Assembly (NCBI GenBank): GCA_013265495.1
Contig: MU057744.1
Location: 62,001-126,000 of the forward strand
Direction of reading: 5' to 3'
DNA: 64,000 nt
DNA from: Vicugna vicugna
Taxonomy: Eukaryota
Positions within the stretch are counted from its first letter, which is position 1; each line of letters starts with the position of its first letter. Both the position numbers and the translations under genes were made by a program. The notes beneath the pieces are model-generated. The model made no database searches. It was not told the origin of the DNA and worked only from the letters and a program-made list of their open reading frames with translations. Below are positions 12,822 through 24,174 of this stretch, piece after piece.

Positions 12822-13297
12822 GGGTGGGCTGAATAAATGCCCCACAGATGCCAGGTCCAGTCCCTGGAAACTAAATGTGACCTCATTCAGAAAGAGCCTC
12901 TGTCGGCGTGATTACGTTCAAGATCTTGGGAGGCGGAGGTTAGCCTGTATTATCCAGATGAGCCTGAAATACAGTTACATGTTTGCCTGTAAGAAGGAGG
13001 CAGAGGGAGATGTAACCACACAGAGGAGGAGGCGATGTGACCAGAGAGGCAGAGATTGGAGGGACAGGGCCAGGAGCCGAGGAACGCTGGCAGCAACCAG
13101 CAGCCCGAGAGAGGCACAGAGCAAATTCTCCCGCAGCGCCGCGGGAGTGAGCTCAGCCTTCCTGACGCGGGGTGTCAGCCCAGGAAACTGACTTCAGGCG
13201 TCTGTCCTCTGAACTGCCCAAGAGTCCGTTTCTTTGCTTTTAAGCCATCGAGTCGGTGGTAATGTGTTGCAGCCTCCACCAGGAACTGATTAAGACG
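12822..13297 (+). mobile_element. MLT1D-like LTR
   Basis: GGGCTGAATAAATGCCCCACAGATG...GATCTTGGGAGGCGGAGGTTAGCCTGTATTATCCAGATGAGCC...TTTTAAGCCATCGAGTCGGTGGTAATGTGTTGCAGC. Confidence 0.75.
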
Positions 13298-16200
13298 CAG
13301 GGTGACTCCTGCTTTTGTGGTGGGGCCAGAAGCAAGCACCTGAATCGGGGTCACCCTCCCTCGAGGGGTGTGTCAGGGCAAGCGACCCATGAGGGTTAGA
13401 GCTAGACGTGGACCACGATGGGAGGGAGCCGTTACGGTCTCTTCCACGCTCACCATCTCTGCCTGGAGGGGCAGAGACCCCAGCAGCAAGAGGCTGGAGG
13501 TAAACCCTAAGGAGGAAAGAGGAAGGAGCTACAAGTGACCACCAAGGAAAGGAACACCTCCCCTGCCCCAAGTCAGAGACGTACAGAGCCTCAGAAGGGC
13601 CCCCCAGAAGAAAGTTCAGTTGAAACCTCAGTCAGCTCCCACCGCACCCACTCAAGTAAGAGCTCACCTGGCCTTCCCCTCCCCGAGCACCTCAGCATCC
13701 TCCTTGGGGGTAGGGGAGCCAGTGTGAGCACAGGGGTCCAGCACAGAAGCCCCCTTTCCCACGCAGGCTTCCAGCCCCAGGCAAGCTGAGCTGGACGCGG
13801 GGGGAGAATCAGATGTCCAAGTTGAGAGTTTTGACTAATACCTTGGCCTGCACATTCAAATTCCAAATTTGAGACTGTTTTCCATTGGAAGTGACCTCAG
13901 GACAGACTGTTTCCTAAGAGGAGCAGAGAAGCCAGCTCCTGCCAGGGCCTTTCATCCCGGGCCAGGGAACATGAGCCCCGCAGAACACACGCTTAAAGGG
14001 GCAGCAGGAAACCAAAGCTGGAGTTGCCTCCCCAGCACACGGCCGGCCAGGCTTGTCCCACACGCCAGCTGCCAGGGCCGGGGAAAACATGTCAGCCGAG
14101 AGTCGCCGAGCTCCCCGTGAAAGGAAAAAATGCAAATTCGTTTTCGGTATCACTTTTACGCTTCCTGAGTGGAGTCCTTGGCCCGGACCGGCTCCCGGTG
14201 ACGTCAGCCGGCGTTCACCGTATCGGAGCAGCTGTCCGCTTCCTCCCCCGGCCTTGGCCCCTGGTGCAGAAAACACCCTGGTTTTGTTTCATGGAAGATT
14301 AAAAACATTTGCTCCTGCGTCCATAATTCACAGCCCCTGTTATCACTGGGACTAGGAATACTGAACCAGAAACGCTTAGTCCCTTCTCAAAACCAAAGGG
14401 AAATCCACAGAGGGAGGCCAGACACAGGATTAAGCGTCAGCTGGGACCCGGCCCAGACCCGGCTCACTGTATCCTTTCCTTTTCTCCTGGAACAAGAGGC
14501 GATGGGTCCACACCACACCCCTGGGGCTCTTAGACACGGTGAACCACGATCGTATGCCCGAAACTGTTTTGTCTTCACCCGCAGTGAAGGAGGCAGGGTG
14601 GGGGCTACATAGCCCAGGATGAACGCCCCTGGCCTCACAGCAAAGTAGCAGCCAACTGAGATGAGAAACAAGGTCACTGGCTCCTCCTGGCCGTCACGTG
14701 GCCCGCCCTGAACCTGTGCCAGGACCCTGACTCTGCCTGGGACCTCCTGGTCCCTTCCCGCATCCAGGAGGAGAATGCTCCCACAGCACAGAAATCCTGA
14801 TGGGATGGGTCGATTTCCAAGCTGAGAGACAGTTCCACACTCTTCTGTCATGCTGCCCAGACACACACATCCGAGCGTCCATTAAAATGCAAGACAACAG
14901 AAGCCAGTAGATCCTTTATCCCTTTCATTTGTTTAGTTGTCGCAGAAAAGGATGATCTTCCCTGAGTCAGGGGAGAGAAGGGATGTGAGAGAAGGAAGCG
15001 GGGCCTGGGGCAGGGCTGGGTGCTCCGTCACACCTCCCTGTGGTCCTCTGACCCCCCAGCAGGGAACTGAAAGCATGTGGGTGTGCCCCAGGTAACCCCC
15101 CACTCCGCCATTCCTCTGAAGGCAGAGCCAGCAGAGACCCGAGTTTGAATCCTCCTCCCGCCATCACTAGTTCTGGACACAGCAGTGTCTATCCGAGCCC
15201 CGTGCCAGGCCCAGCCGATGCTTGAGGTCCAGCTGCCGCCGCCTTCCCTCTAAGCTCTCCCAGGGCCCTGCCCTGCACTTCCCACCCCGAAGCTGGGTGG
15301 GACCCCTCGTCTGAGATCACCTTCCTAATCTCGGCTGGCTGCGGTGTGTCCCACTTGGCTGTGAGCCTCGGCGGGTGGGGACCGAGCCCAGTCTACACCC
15401 CAGCAGCCACCACATCACATGCAAGGTGCAGTGTGCCAACCGCAGAGCGAGAGTGGAGAAGTCACTGTTGTTGCTGTCACCATTGCCGTTTATCAGTGAG
15501 GGATGGTGGTCCCCCACGTTTCCCCTTTCTGGAGTCGGAGGAAACCCGCAGGTGGCGTGCGTTCGCACCACGGCTCTCTGCGCCGTCTGCGCGGAGTGGG
15601 GGCCTTCTCCGGAGGAAGGCAGACTGCGAAAGGAGTTGTTTTGTCCTTGTCACTTTTAATCCATCTTTTATTCACAGCTGCAAACCTCTACTCAATTATG
15701 GATGAAACATAAGGACCTTCCTAAATGCTAGTAAAGGAGTGGATACCAAGTGACCAAAGTAAAACATCTAAACGCCAGGTGAGACCCAGGCCCAGGCTGT
15801 CCGCTGCACACAGTCCACACAGAGGCAGGGAGATGGTGAGAGCCAGGAAGGGGTTCCGGGGAGCTTCTGTCTCCCCAGATTGCTAAATGCTATTGAAATA
15901 ACATGGGCAGAGCGATGAGAGGAGGTTCAAGGCCGGTGTGATACAGTCCAGATGCCTTCATTCCCTCAGCTAACGTTTCCTGAGTCACTTCAAGTGTCAG
16001 GTCACAGCCGCACGTGGAGGGGCTCGTTGTCTCCCAGGCGCCCCCGGCCTCCGGAGCCAGACACCACCACGCCAGGCTGAGCCCAGCTCTCCAGCCAGGT
16101 CTGCAGCGGGAACAGAAAAGGGGCAGTGCACGGATCCCAGTGGGAACTGCTCAACTTGGACTCCAGGCAGGCCTGGACCAAGTCCTGGGTCCGAGCCCGA

Positions 16201-16510
16201 TTAGCGCTGGGACCTCATGGCCAGGCTGCTTAACCCTCTCAGCCCACCTCATACGGTTGTCATAAAACAATAAATAGAACCACCAGCCAGGGGCCTGCCT
16301 AGTCCGGGGCGCGAAGAAGCCTGCAACGCAGGCTCTCATTCCTACTAGCTCGTCTGACAAAGTCAGAGAAACCTGCACAGAGGAGGTGAGGTTTTAGGTG
16401 CATCATGAAGGAGGACTGGGGACTTGGTGAAAAGGCAACGTCATTCACGGAGGCGCCAACGTGTAAACGCGCGGCAGTGCTGGTATCTTTGTGAATGACG
16501 TCTCCCCTTA

Positions 16511-16832
16511 CATGTGGAATATAAGAAAATGACACAAATGAGCCTGTTTACAGAACAGAGACAGACTCACAGACATAGGGAACAAACTCACCACTACCAA
16601 AGAGGAAAGAGAGGGGAGGGATACATTAGGAGTCTGGGGTTAGCAGGTAGAAACTACTGCATAGAAACAAACAACACGGTCTTACGCAGAGCACAGGGAA
16701 CTACATTCAATAGCTTGTAACAACCTATAATGAAAAAGAATATATATATATATACACATGTAACTAAATCACTATGCTACACACCAGAAACCAGCACGAC
16801 CTTGGAAATCAATTATACTTCAGTTAAAAAAA
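16511..16832 (+). mobile_element. Young L1 3' end (5'-truncated)
   Basis: ATGTGGAATATAAGAAAATGACACAAATGA...ACAGACTCACAGACATAG...AATCACTATGCTACACACCAGAAAC...TTATACTTCAGTTAAAAAAA. Confidence 0.85.
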
Positions 16833-17112
16833 GAGACACCAACATGTGTGTAAAGTTGCACAGCACGTTTGGAAACCAGCAAGGAGCTCAAAGCTGCTGG
16901 CCTGAGACACTCAGAGGAGGGAAGAGCTGGACAAGCCGGTGCGATCCGTGCTTTGGCCTGTGGGCATTTGGTCGAAGGACACTGGGCCTGGGGCTGGAAT
17001 AACCGAGTTCCACCCCCCGCACTGCGGGTGGTGAGATCTCTGGGCATCCGCTCCCCTTCTGCTAAGCGGGGACACAGACACCCAACAGGGGGGCTCTCTA
17101 GTGGTTTACATC

Positions 17113-17319
17113 TGGGGGCAGAAAGCTTTCTCGAAAGAGCCAGATGGTAAATGTTTTAGGATCAGCAGGCTGTACGGTTTCTGTTGCAGCCACTCAACCC
17201 CACCCTTGTAGCATGGGAGCATCATAGACGGTATTTACAGGAGCGAGCATAGTTATGTCCCAATAAAACTTTATTTATAAAAACGGGCGGTGGGCAGGCT
17301 GTAATTTGCCCACCCCTGC
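17113..17319. mobile_element. MER58A-like hAT-Charlie MITE
   Basis: AAAGAGCCAGATGGTAAATGTTTTAGG...TTTCTGTTGCAGCCACTCAAC...CCAATAAAACTTTATTTATAAAAACGGGCGGTGGGC...TTTGCCCACCCCTG. Confidence 0.75.
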
Positions 17320-18204
17320 TTCAGGTTAGAAACCCCCTAGCACCTGCCCCCGCCCTTTCCACGTGCCAGCTCCGGGCACTGTTCCCAGATCCTCATCCCC
17401 TGTCCAGCGGTTCCCAGATGTTCCTAAGTTATCTGAAGACTACAGCAAGCTGCCCCCATCCAAGCTTTAGAGACTGCCAGGCATAAAGATGATGTTTGTT
17501 CAACAGAGCGAGGACGGCTTTGCCAGGCGCTGAGTGTTTCCGTAATCAATCCATCAGTCCGTCAGAGGGAATCATTCAGCACCTGGTGCCGGGACGCTGA
17601 CAGCCCTGAGGCTGGGGCCTCGGGAGGAGCGCGTGGTGGGTGAGAAAGTCCCACAGCCCTGTTGCCCGAGTTCTACTCGCAGTTTTACACAGTCTTAGTT
17701 GTGCGCAATCCTTGAGGGTCACATTTTCCATTTCTTAATCTGGATAAGGAAGAAATTCAGCCAAATGGCAGTGTGATTCCGGAGGTGCATCAGAGGGCTT
17801 CGGGGTGGGTGGGGGGCTTCCTGGAGCCATAGTTGAAGTCATGCGGGTGGACTGGCCTTCAGGGGTCACGCTGGCATTCCTTGGGGGAGGGACAGCGTGG
17901 GCCATGGCAGAAGGGGGCAACCAGCGCCCCATGCATGGGCATCACTTCAGAGAGGGAGATGCAATAACATGGGAGAAATGGGTGGAGCCAGTGCATTGAC
18001 GACTCTTGAAATTTTTGCTGTCACTGCAAGAAGGAGACTTTCTGTATATGGTATAGATCAGGAGTCAAGCGTTCAGTGCCTGCAGGGGCTGGACAGGCAG
18101 CGAGTAAGTGGCATGGATGTCTCCACAGGCAGCCAGGGGGACAGGGCATGCCATGCCTGCGAGGGACACTGGAACTCAGCCCCAGATGACTGCTGCCAGG
18201 TGGT

Positions 18205-18322
18205 TTTTTTCTAGGGGAAAGGTAATTAGGTTTACTTGCTTATCTAGTGGAGGTCCTGGGGATTGAACCCAGGACCTTGTGCATGCTAAGCACACGCTCT
18301 ACCACTGAGCTGACCCCTCCCC
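18205..18322 (-). mobile_element. tRNA-Ala-derived camelid SINE
   Basis: Reverse complement of the SINE head (GGGGATTGAACCCAGGACC...CTACCACTGAGCT). TSD TGCTGCCA(G/T)GTGGT at 18191-18204 and 18325-18338. Confidence 0.9.
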
Positions 18323-18651
18323 TTTGCTGCCATGTGGTCTTAATGGCTCAGCAGGGCAGATGTGAATTTTTTTAAAGAATGTTGGAAATTTAGATTTGAA
18401 TGAGAAAGCTCCTGGTTCTTTAAAAATTGACAACGTTGTTTTTATTAACATCATGCCAGCCAAACACAACAAGGTCAGTTAGATCCTGCCCAAGTTGCCG
18501 GTTTGAAACCTCAATTATACATGCTGAGGCTGATTTCAGAAAGAGCTTTGGAGCGCCAGCAAAATTCATGAGCAAAGCTGAAGCCAGTCCCAGCCTCTGC
18601 AGAGGGAGCCTCCTTCAGCCTTGTATCAACTAAAGCTTCACCTGGAGCGAC

Positions 18652-18849
18652 GGTTGCCTAGTTACCGTTACAGGAGACCCAGTTAAATTTGAATTTTAGA
18701 GTAACAAGGAATACTTTTTAGCATAAGTATATCCCAAATACTGCATGGGATATACTTAGACTAAAAAAAATATTCCTTGTTTATCTGAAATCCAGTTCAA
18801 ATTTAGCTAAGCGTCATCTTGCATCTTCCTTTGCTAAACCTGGCCACTC
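18652..18849. mobile_element. MER53 palindromic hAT MITE
   Basis: GGTTGCC...CCCAGTTAAATTTGAATTT...TAAGTATATCCCA-AATACTGCA-TGGGATATACTTA...TTGTTTATCTGAAAT...TTTGCTAAACCTGGCCAC. The long inverted-repeat structure matches my recollection of MER53. Confidence 0.85.
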
Positions 18850-19099
18850 TCCCTGGAGCCCCACACCAGGCTCCAGTTGGGTGGGACTCTCCCACCTCCT
18901 CTCAGAGCAGCAGGCTCCACCCTCGAGGATGCAAGGATACAGGCCACAATGCAGATTTCAAAGGAATGGAAAGCAAATCACGTATCAGAGTGTTGACCAT
19001 TGCCGCAACGTACCAGGTGACCTCCACGTACGACCCTTGACATCCAAAGAAGGATATTCTAGAGCCGTGGCAGCCTCTCACAGGTGTGTGTTCTTTGTC

Positions 19100-19225
19100 C
19101 CTCTGAGCCTCGGTTTCCTCATCTCTTAAATGGAGACAAGAACTCCTAGCTCACAGGATTGTCAAAAGGGTTCAATGGAATTGATGTCAAAGCATATGGC
19201 ACGGTGTCCAGCACCAGGCAGACAG
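19100..19225. mobile_element. MIR SINE fragment
   Basis: CTCTGAGCCTCGGTTTCCTCATCTCTTAAATGGAGAC...CTCACAGGATTGTC. Confidence 0.65.
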
Positions 19226-19514
19226 AACAAACGTCTGCTGTGTGTCCATGAAATTCTTCAGCCTTAGAATGACTGCATCCCTACTGCCTCTGTCTCCAAG
19301 CCAAGGCTCGCCCGCTGAGGGTCCCAGAAGGCTGGGGCAGGGGCAACAAGTGAGGCTCACCAGGGCAGGCGACGTCTCTGCAGGAGGGGGCACGACCAGG
19401 GAGCTGAGCTCCTGGTGAACCATCGAGATCACAGTTCAGGGCGGAGAAGGAGGCCCTGCTTCCTACACTTTGAGGGCTGGAAGCTCAGTGTGCAGAATCC
19501 TCCTTTTATTTGTT

Positions 19515-20978
19515 TTGGGGTTTTTTTTGAAATACATTTGACATATAACATTGTGTAAATTTACGGTGTTCAGCTTATTGATTTGACATATTTACAGATC
19601 ACAATACAATTGCCATTGTAGCAATTGTTGGCACCTCTAATTGTTAGAACCTCTAGCTTGTCACATAATTATCATTTCTTTTTTGTGGTGGGAATAACTC
19701 AGATGTGGCCTCTTAGCAAGTTGGATGAGCATACGACAATATTGCCGTCCACATTCACTATACTGTGCATCAGACCTCCACGACGAATTTATGTGCCGCT
19801 TCGCAAGTTTTCACCCCTAAACAACTCTCCTAGCTCCCCCCACCCCACCCCCTGGAAACCACCATTTTACTTTCCATTTGTGTGAGCTTGGCCTTTTCAG
19901 ATTCCACATGCACATGATACATAGTACTTGTCTTTCTCTGTCTGACTTAACATAACGTTGTCCCAAATGGCAGGATGTCCATCTTTGTCTGGCAGGATGT
20001 CCATCTTTGTTGTGGCAGAATAATATTCCACCGTATCTGTGTATCCATGTGCCACACCTCATCCATTCATCTGGTGGTGAACACTTCATTGTGAACATCT
20101 CGACTACTGTGACTAACGCTGCACTAGCCAGGAGAGTGCAGACCTCGCTTCAATACCCTGTTTTCATTTCATTTCCCTTGGGCATACACCCAGAAATGGA
20201 TTTGTTGAGTCATATGGTAGTTCTATTTTTAGTTTTTTGAGGAACCTCTGTATTGTTTTCCGTTGCGACTAAAGCATTTGACATCCCCACCAGCAGTGCA
20301 CCAGGGTTCCCTGTTTCTCCACATCCTCGCCAACACCTGTTATCTCTTGTCTTCTTGGTGATGGCCATTCTAACAGTGTGAGGTGATGGCCCGTTATGGT
20401 TTTGATTTGCATTTCCCCAATGATTAGTGATGCTGAGCATCTTTTCAGGCACCCGTTGGCCACTTGGATGTCTTCTTTGGAAAAATGTCTATTTAGATCC
20501 CCTGCCCATATTTTAACCTAATTGTTTGCTTGTTTGCTTTGGACATTAACCCCTTATCCAATACATGATTTGCAAATATTTTCTCCCACTCTGTAGGTTG
20601 CCTTTTCATCTTATCGATTTTTTTCTTTTGCTGTGAAGAAGCTTTTTAAGTTTGATGCAGTCAGTCCGCTTCTTGACTTTTACTTTTGTTTCGTGTGTGT
20701 GTGTGTGCGCGTTTGGTGTCACATCCAAAAAACTCACTGCAATGCCAAGTTCGAGAAGCTTCTTCCCCGTTTTCTTCCAGGCATTTTACAGTTTGGGGTC
20801 TTACATTTAAGTCTTTGATCCATTCCAAGTTAATTTTTGTGAGTGGTGTAAGAGAGGGGTCCAACTTCATTTTACTGCATACGTTTATTCCATTTTCTCA
20901 ACATCATTGTTGAAGAGACTAACCTTTCTCCATTGGGTGTTCTTGGCTTTCTTGTCAAATATGAAGTGACTGTATACG
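19515..20978 (-). mobile_element. Older L1 (L1MA/L1MB-like) ORF2 end and 3'UTR
   Basis: Reverse L1 text: TTTTTGAGGAACCTC, CATCCTCGCCAACACCTGTTATCTCTTG, TTTGCATTTCCCCAATGATTAGTGATGCTGAGCATCTTTTC, TTGAAGAGACTAACCTTTCTCCATTG. ORF-track peptides ([25 protein letters not shown]) are L1 ORF2-like. Confidence 0.9.
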
Positions 20979-21430
20979 CCAGCGGGTGGAGGCGGGAATT
21001 CTGAGCTCGGAAGCTTCCTTTTTAACTCACTCTTTGCTACTGTTCTCTAGCAGCAAAGCTATTGCTGCAGGGGGTTCAGACATGGTTTCTCGTGCACTTA
21101 GAATGTTCTTCAAGGGGCTCCGGGAAACCCAGGGCTAGCTCCAGCCACCGTCCCCGTCCCGCATGTTCAATCCTGAAGCCTAGACCCAGACACAAAGCAG
21201 CTGGGAAGGCCTTCGGTCACTCCAAGGAAAGACACAGAGCCGGGAGCTTCAGGTTCTATCTTTGATCTGATTCCTTCCCTAGACAGCTTAGAGGATGGCA
21301 CAGGATGTCTTCACTTATAACACAGAGATGCCACGGCCACACACTTCAACGACGCATGCACACTGAAGATCTCTGTGAGACTTTACTGAAATCTACTTTC
21401 CTTGGAAACATTGCCTCAGTTTGCTAGGGC

Positions 21431-21792
21431 TGTCTTAGTCCTGTCATTTCACTATAACAAAAATACCATAAGCCATGTGGTTTATTAGCAACAAGCATTT
21501 GTTTCTCACAGTACAAGAGGCGGGAAGTCCCGGATCAAGGCGCCAGCAGATCTGGTGTCTGAGAGTCTGCTTCCTGGTTCACAGACAGCATCTTCTCACT
21601 GTGTCCTCTCAGGGAAGAAGGGGCAGGGGGAGTCCTGGGGGGGGGTCTTTTACAAAGGCACTAACATCATTCACGAGGGCTCCACCCTCTTGACCTCATC
21701 ACCTCCCAAAGGCCCCTGCCTCCTAATACATCGCTTTGGGGGTTAGGTTTCAGCATGTGAATTGGGGGGGACACAAACACGTCCATATCACC
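21431..21792 (-). mobile_element. MLT1A0-like solo LTR
   Basis: TGTCTTAGTCC...CTATAACAAAAATACCATAAG...TTTCTCACAGT...GAGGGCTCCACCCTCTTGACCTCATCACCTCCCAAAGGCCCC...GGGGGACACAAAC. Confidence 0.85.
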
Positions 21793-23734
21793 AGCCGTCC
21801 CCTCGGACTCGAAATGCCTGTAAAGGGAAGCTAGTCTTTCATCCCACAGTGAAAACAGGCTTAAATGCAAATATAATATTCTTGTCCTAAAAAATTCAAC
21901 TCAGACTTGACAGATAATCATTGTATGCAGCACCTGCCTTTGTGTTTTTAGGCATCTGGGTATGAGCTCACCACTCTCACACCCAGAGAACCCTCCGCAG
22001 GATCAGCCCCCTCGTGAAGGTAAAGGAAATGCAAAGTCATCATTTTGGAAGCCGAAGTCGATGCTGGGTTTCTAGAAGCCTGACTGGGGACCCTGGGCTC
22101 CTCAGGGTTGGACTAACTGGCCCTTTCCAAGCACACCCTCCAGGAAGGGGAAGGGCGCTGGTGCTCAGGGGGCACGTGGGTCACCCAGCTCTCATCCCGA
22201 CCCCACGGCCGCGGGGGACCGGCGTCCCCGCTCTGCCCGGACAGCCCCATCAATGAGACGCGGACAACAGACTTGCTTTCTCTCATTGATATTCCTGAGA
22301 CATGTGAAAAACCAATTAAAGATGTGTCCAAATGCTTGATGGAAATGAGAGGAAGCTGCAGAGAACGTGACGGGGGCCGAGGGCGGGAGGATTTGGTTTC
22401 AGTATAAGGAGTGGGGAGGGCATAGCCCCGCGGTAGAGAGTGAGGAGGCAGTCCTGTCCTCCGAACAACTGGAGACGAGGACCACGTGTCATCCATTGGC
22501 CAAGCTCAGGCCAACGGACTAGATGCTTCCCCCAACCCCCAGGCAGGCCTCTGAATCATGAAGGTAAATAGGACTGTAGGTCCCTGGGCTGGACACAGTC
22601 TAGACATGAGCGATGACAAAGCTCGGCCCTGATCGATCAGGAAACAGAGGACACCCAGATAGGGCCAAGCCTGCCACAATCCCTCAGAGCAGATCAGCAT
22701 CCCAGGCCCTCCATCTAAACACAGTTGGTCTTCCCTGCCTAGCGGAGGCTTTTTTATAGTAATGAGGTGGAACCACACACCCACTGAAATAGAGAGCAAA
22801 TCGCAGTGAGGGCTGAAAAATGCTAATCTGCCTCCAACATCTCCACACCATTCACCTGAAACCACCTGCTCGAGCAAGATTCCCACGGGTTAATTATTGC
22901 TGCAGAGGAAATTGCACTGATTGGCATCAACTTCCATCGACGGAAACCAGGAAGGTCAGTCCTGCAGGAACAGGCGTGGGTCATCCTCTCAGTCCCTCTG
23001 CTTACAGGTGACAGGGACACGGGCTATGCTCCTGCAACACTGCTTCCCTGAACGAACCGCACGGTAGCTCCACGCCTCAGGGCACCTGCAGAGATCCGGC
23101 CACCTGCTCACCTGTGCTTCGCACGCCTCACCTGCTCAGAGCTCTCCCACCTGTTCCTCACCGCGGCGGCAGCCCGGCCCGAGGCCCCCAGCTCAGGGCC
23201 TGGGGTTTCATTTGATCGGTTTGAAAAGTTCCCTCCATACTTGGTGGGCTCCTCAGTGACTAGCAAAGCCAGCTTCCTTCCCCTCCGAGTTCCGGGCTTT
23301 TCGTAATGACTGGCCCCCAGTGCCATTTCAAAGTTTGGCTGGAGTCCTCGCAGCCTCTCAGCCTGGAGGCCAGGCCTACTTCTGAAGGCAGGGCCAGTTA
23401 CAAAACAGAATCCCTTGCCTTAAGGGAAAGAGGAAAGAAATCGCTGTATAGGCCTGGCCTCTGAGGCTTGCAAGGCCAAGTCCTCTCCTCTCTCCCATGG
23501 CAAGGGATCTGAAAGCTCACCGGCTGTTTGTCCGCCTGCGTGTGCAACGGGGCACCTCCTAGTCCTTAGAGAAGGAGCCGGCTCTAATCAATACAGTGAT
23601 ACGCAAATCTGTGCTTACCCAGGTGAGGAGTGTTTTGAGAGATGCACCTGGCCAAGGTTGCATTCTGTGCTCTGCCTTTATCCCAGGATGCCTGTTGCCC
23701 TTGGCTACCCAAAGAGGGTTTAGAAAATTCTGGA

Positions 23735-23867
23735 GGGGGACGATACAGCTCAGTGGTGGAGTGCATGCTTAGCATGCGTGAGGTCCTGGGTTCAATCCCC
23801 AGTACTTCCATTAAAAAATAATAATAATAAATAAACCTAATTACCTCCCCTGAAAAAAATCTTAACA
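23735..23867 (+). mobile_element. tRNA-Ala-derived camelid SINE
   Basis: ATACAGCTCAGTGGTGGAGTGCATGCTTAGCATGCGTGAGGTCCTGGGTTCAATCCCC. TSD AGAAA(A/G)TTCTG at 23722-23732 and 23868-23878. Confidence 0.92.
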
Positions 23868-24078
23868 AGAAAGTTCTGCTTGCACACACAGCTCATCTAC
23901 TAAAATCTTTCACTGACAAACACCTTATCCAAGAAAACACATGTTATTATGTATGTGTGGACAGTCATCAGGTGCTTTTGATTCTCATAAGGACACCAAG
24001 AGTTTCACATCCAAATAGCAACTGTCCTGGAAGATGCTCGATGGCACTAAGAAAATTCATGAGTATAATAAGTATTTT

Positions 24079-24174
24079 ATTTTTTTCTTTTTTGTTAGTG
24101 GAGTTACTGGGGATTGAACCCAGGACCTCGTGCATGCTAAGCACGCACTCTACCACTGAGCTACACCCTCCCCC
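24079..24174 (-). mobile_element. tRNA-Ala-derived camelid SINE
   Basis: GGGATTGAACCCAGGACCTCGTGCATGCTAAGCACGCACTCTACCACTGAGCTACACCCTCCCCC. TSD ATAAGTA(T/C)TTT on both sides. Confidence 0.92.

Noticed and set aside
12511..13191. 226-aa ORF
   Set aside because: Its second half lies within an MLT1D LTR and it has a non-ATG start.
22413..22442. 30-bp match to the SINE head (GGGGAGGGCATAGCCCCGCGGTAGAGAGTG)
   Set aside because: Too short, with no B box, tail or TSD; it may be a remnant or a chance match.
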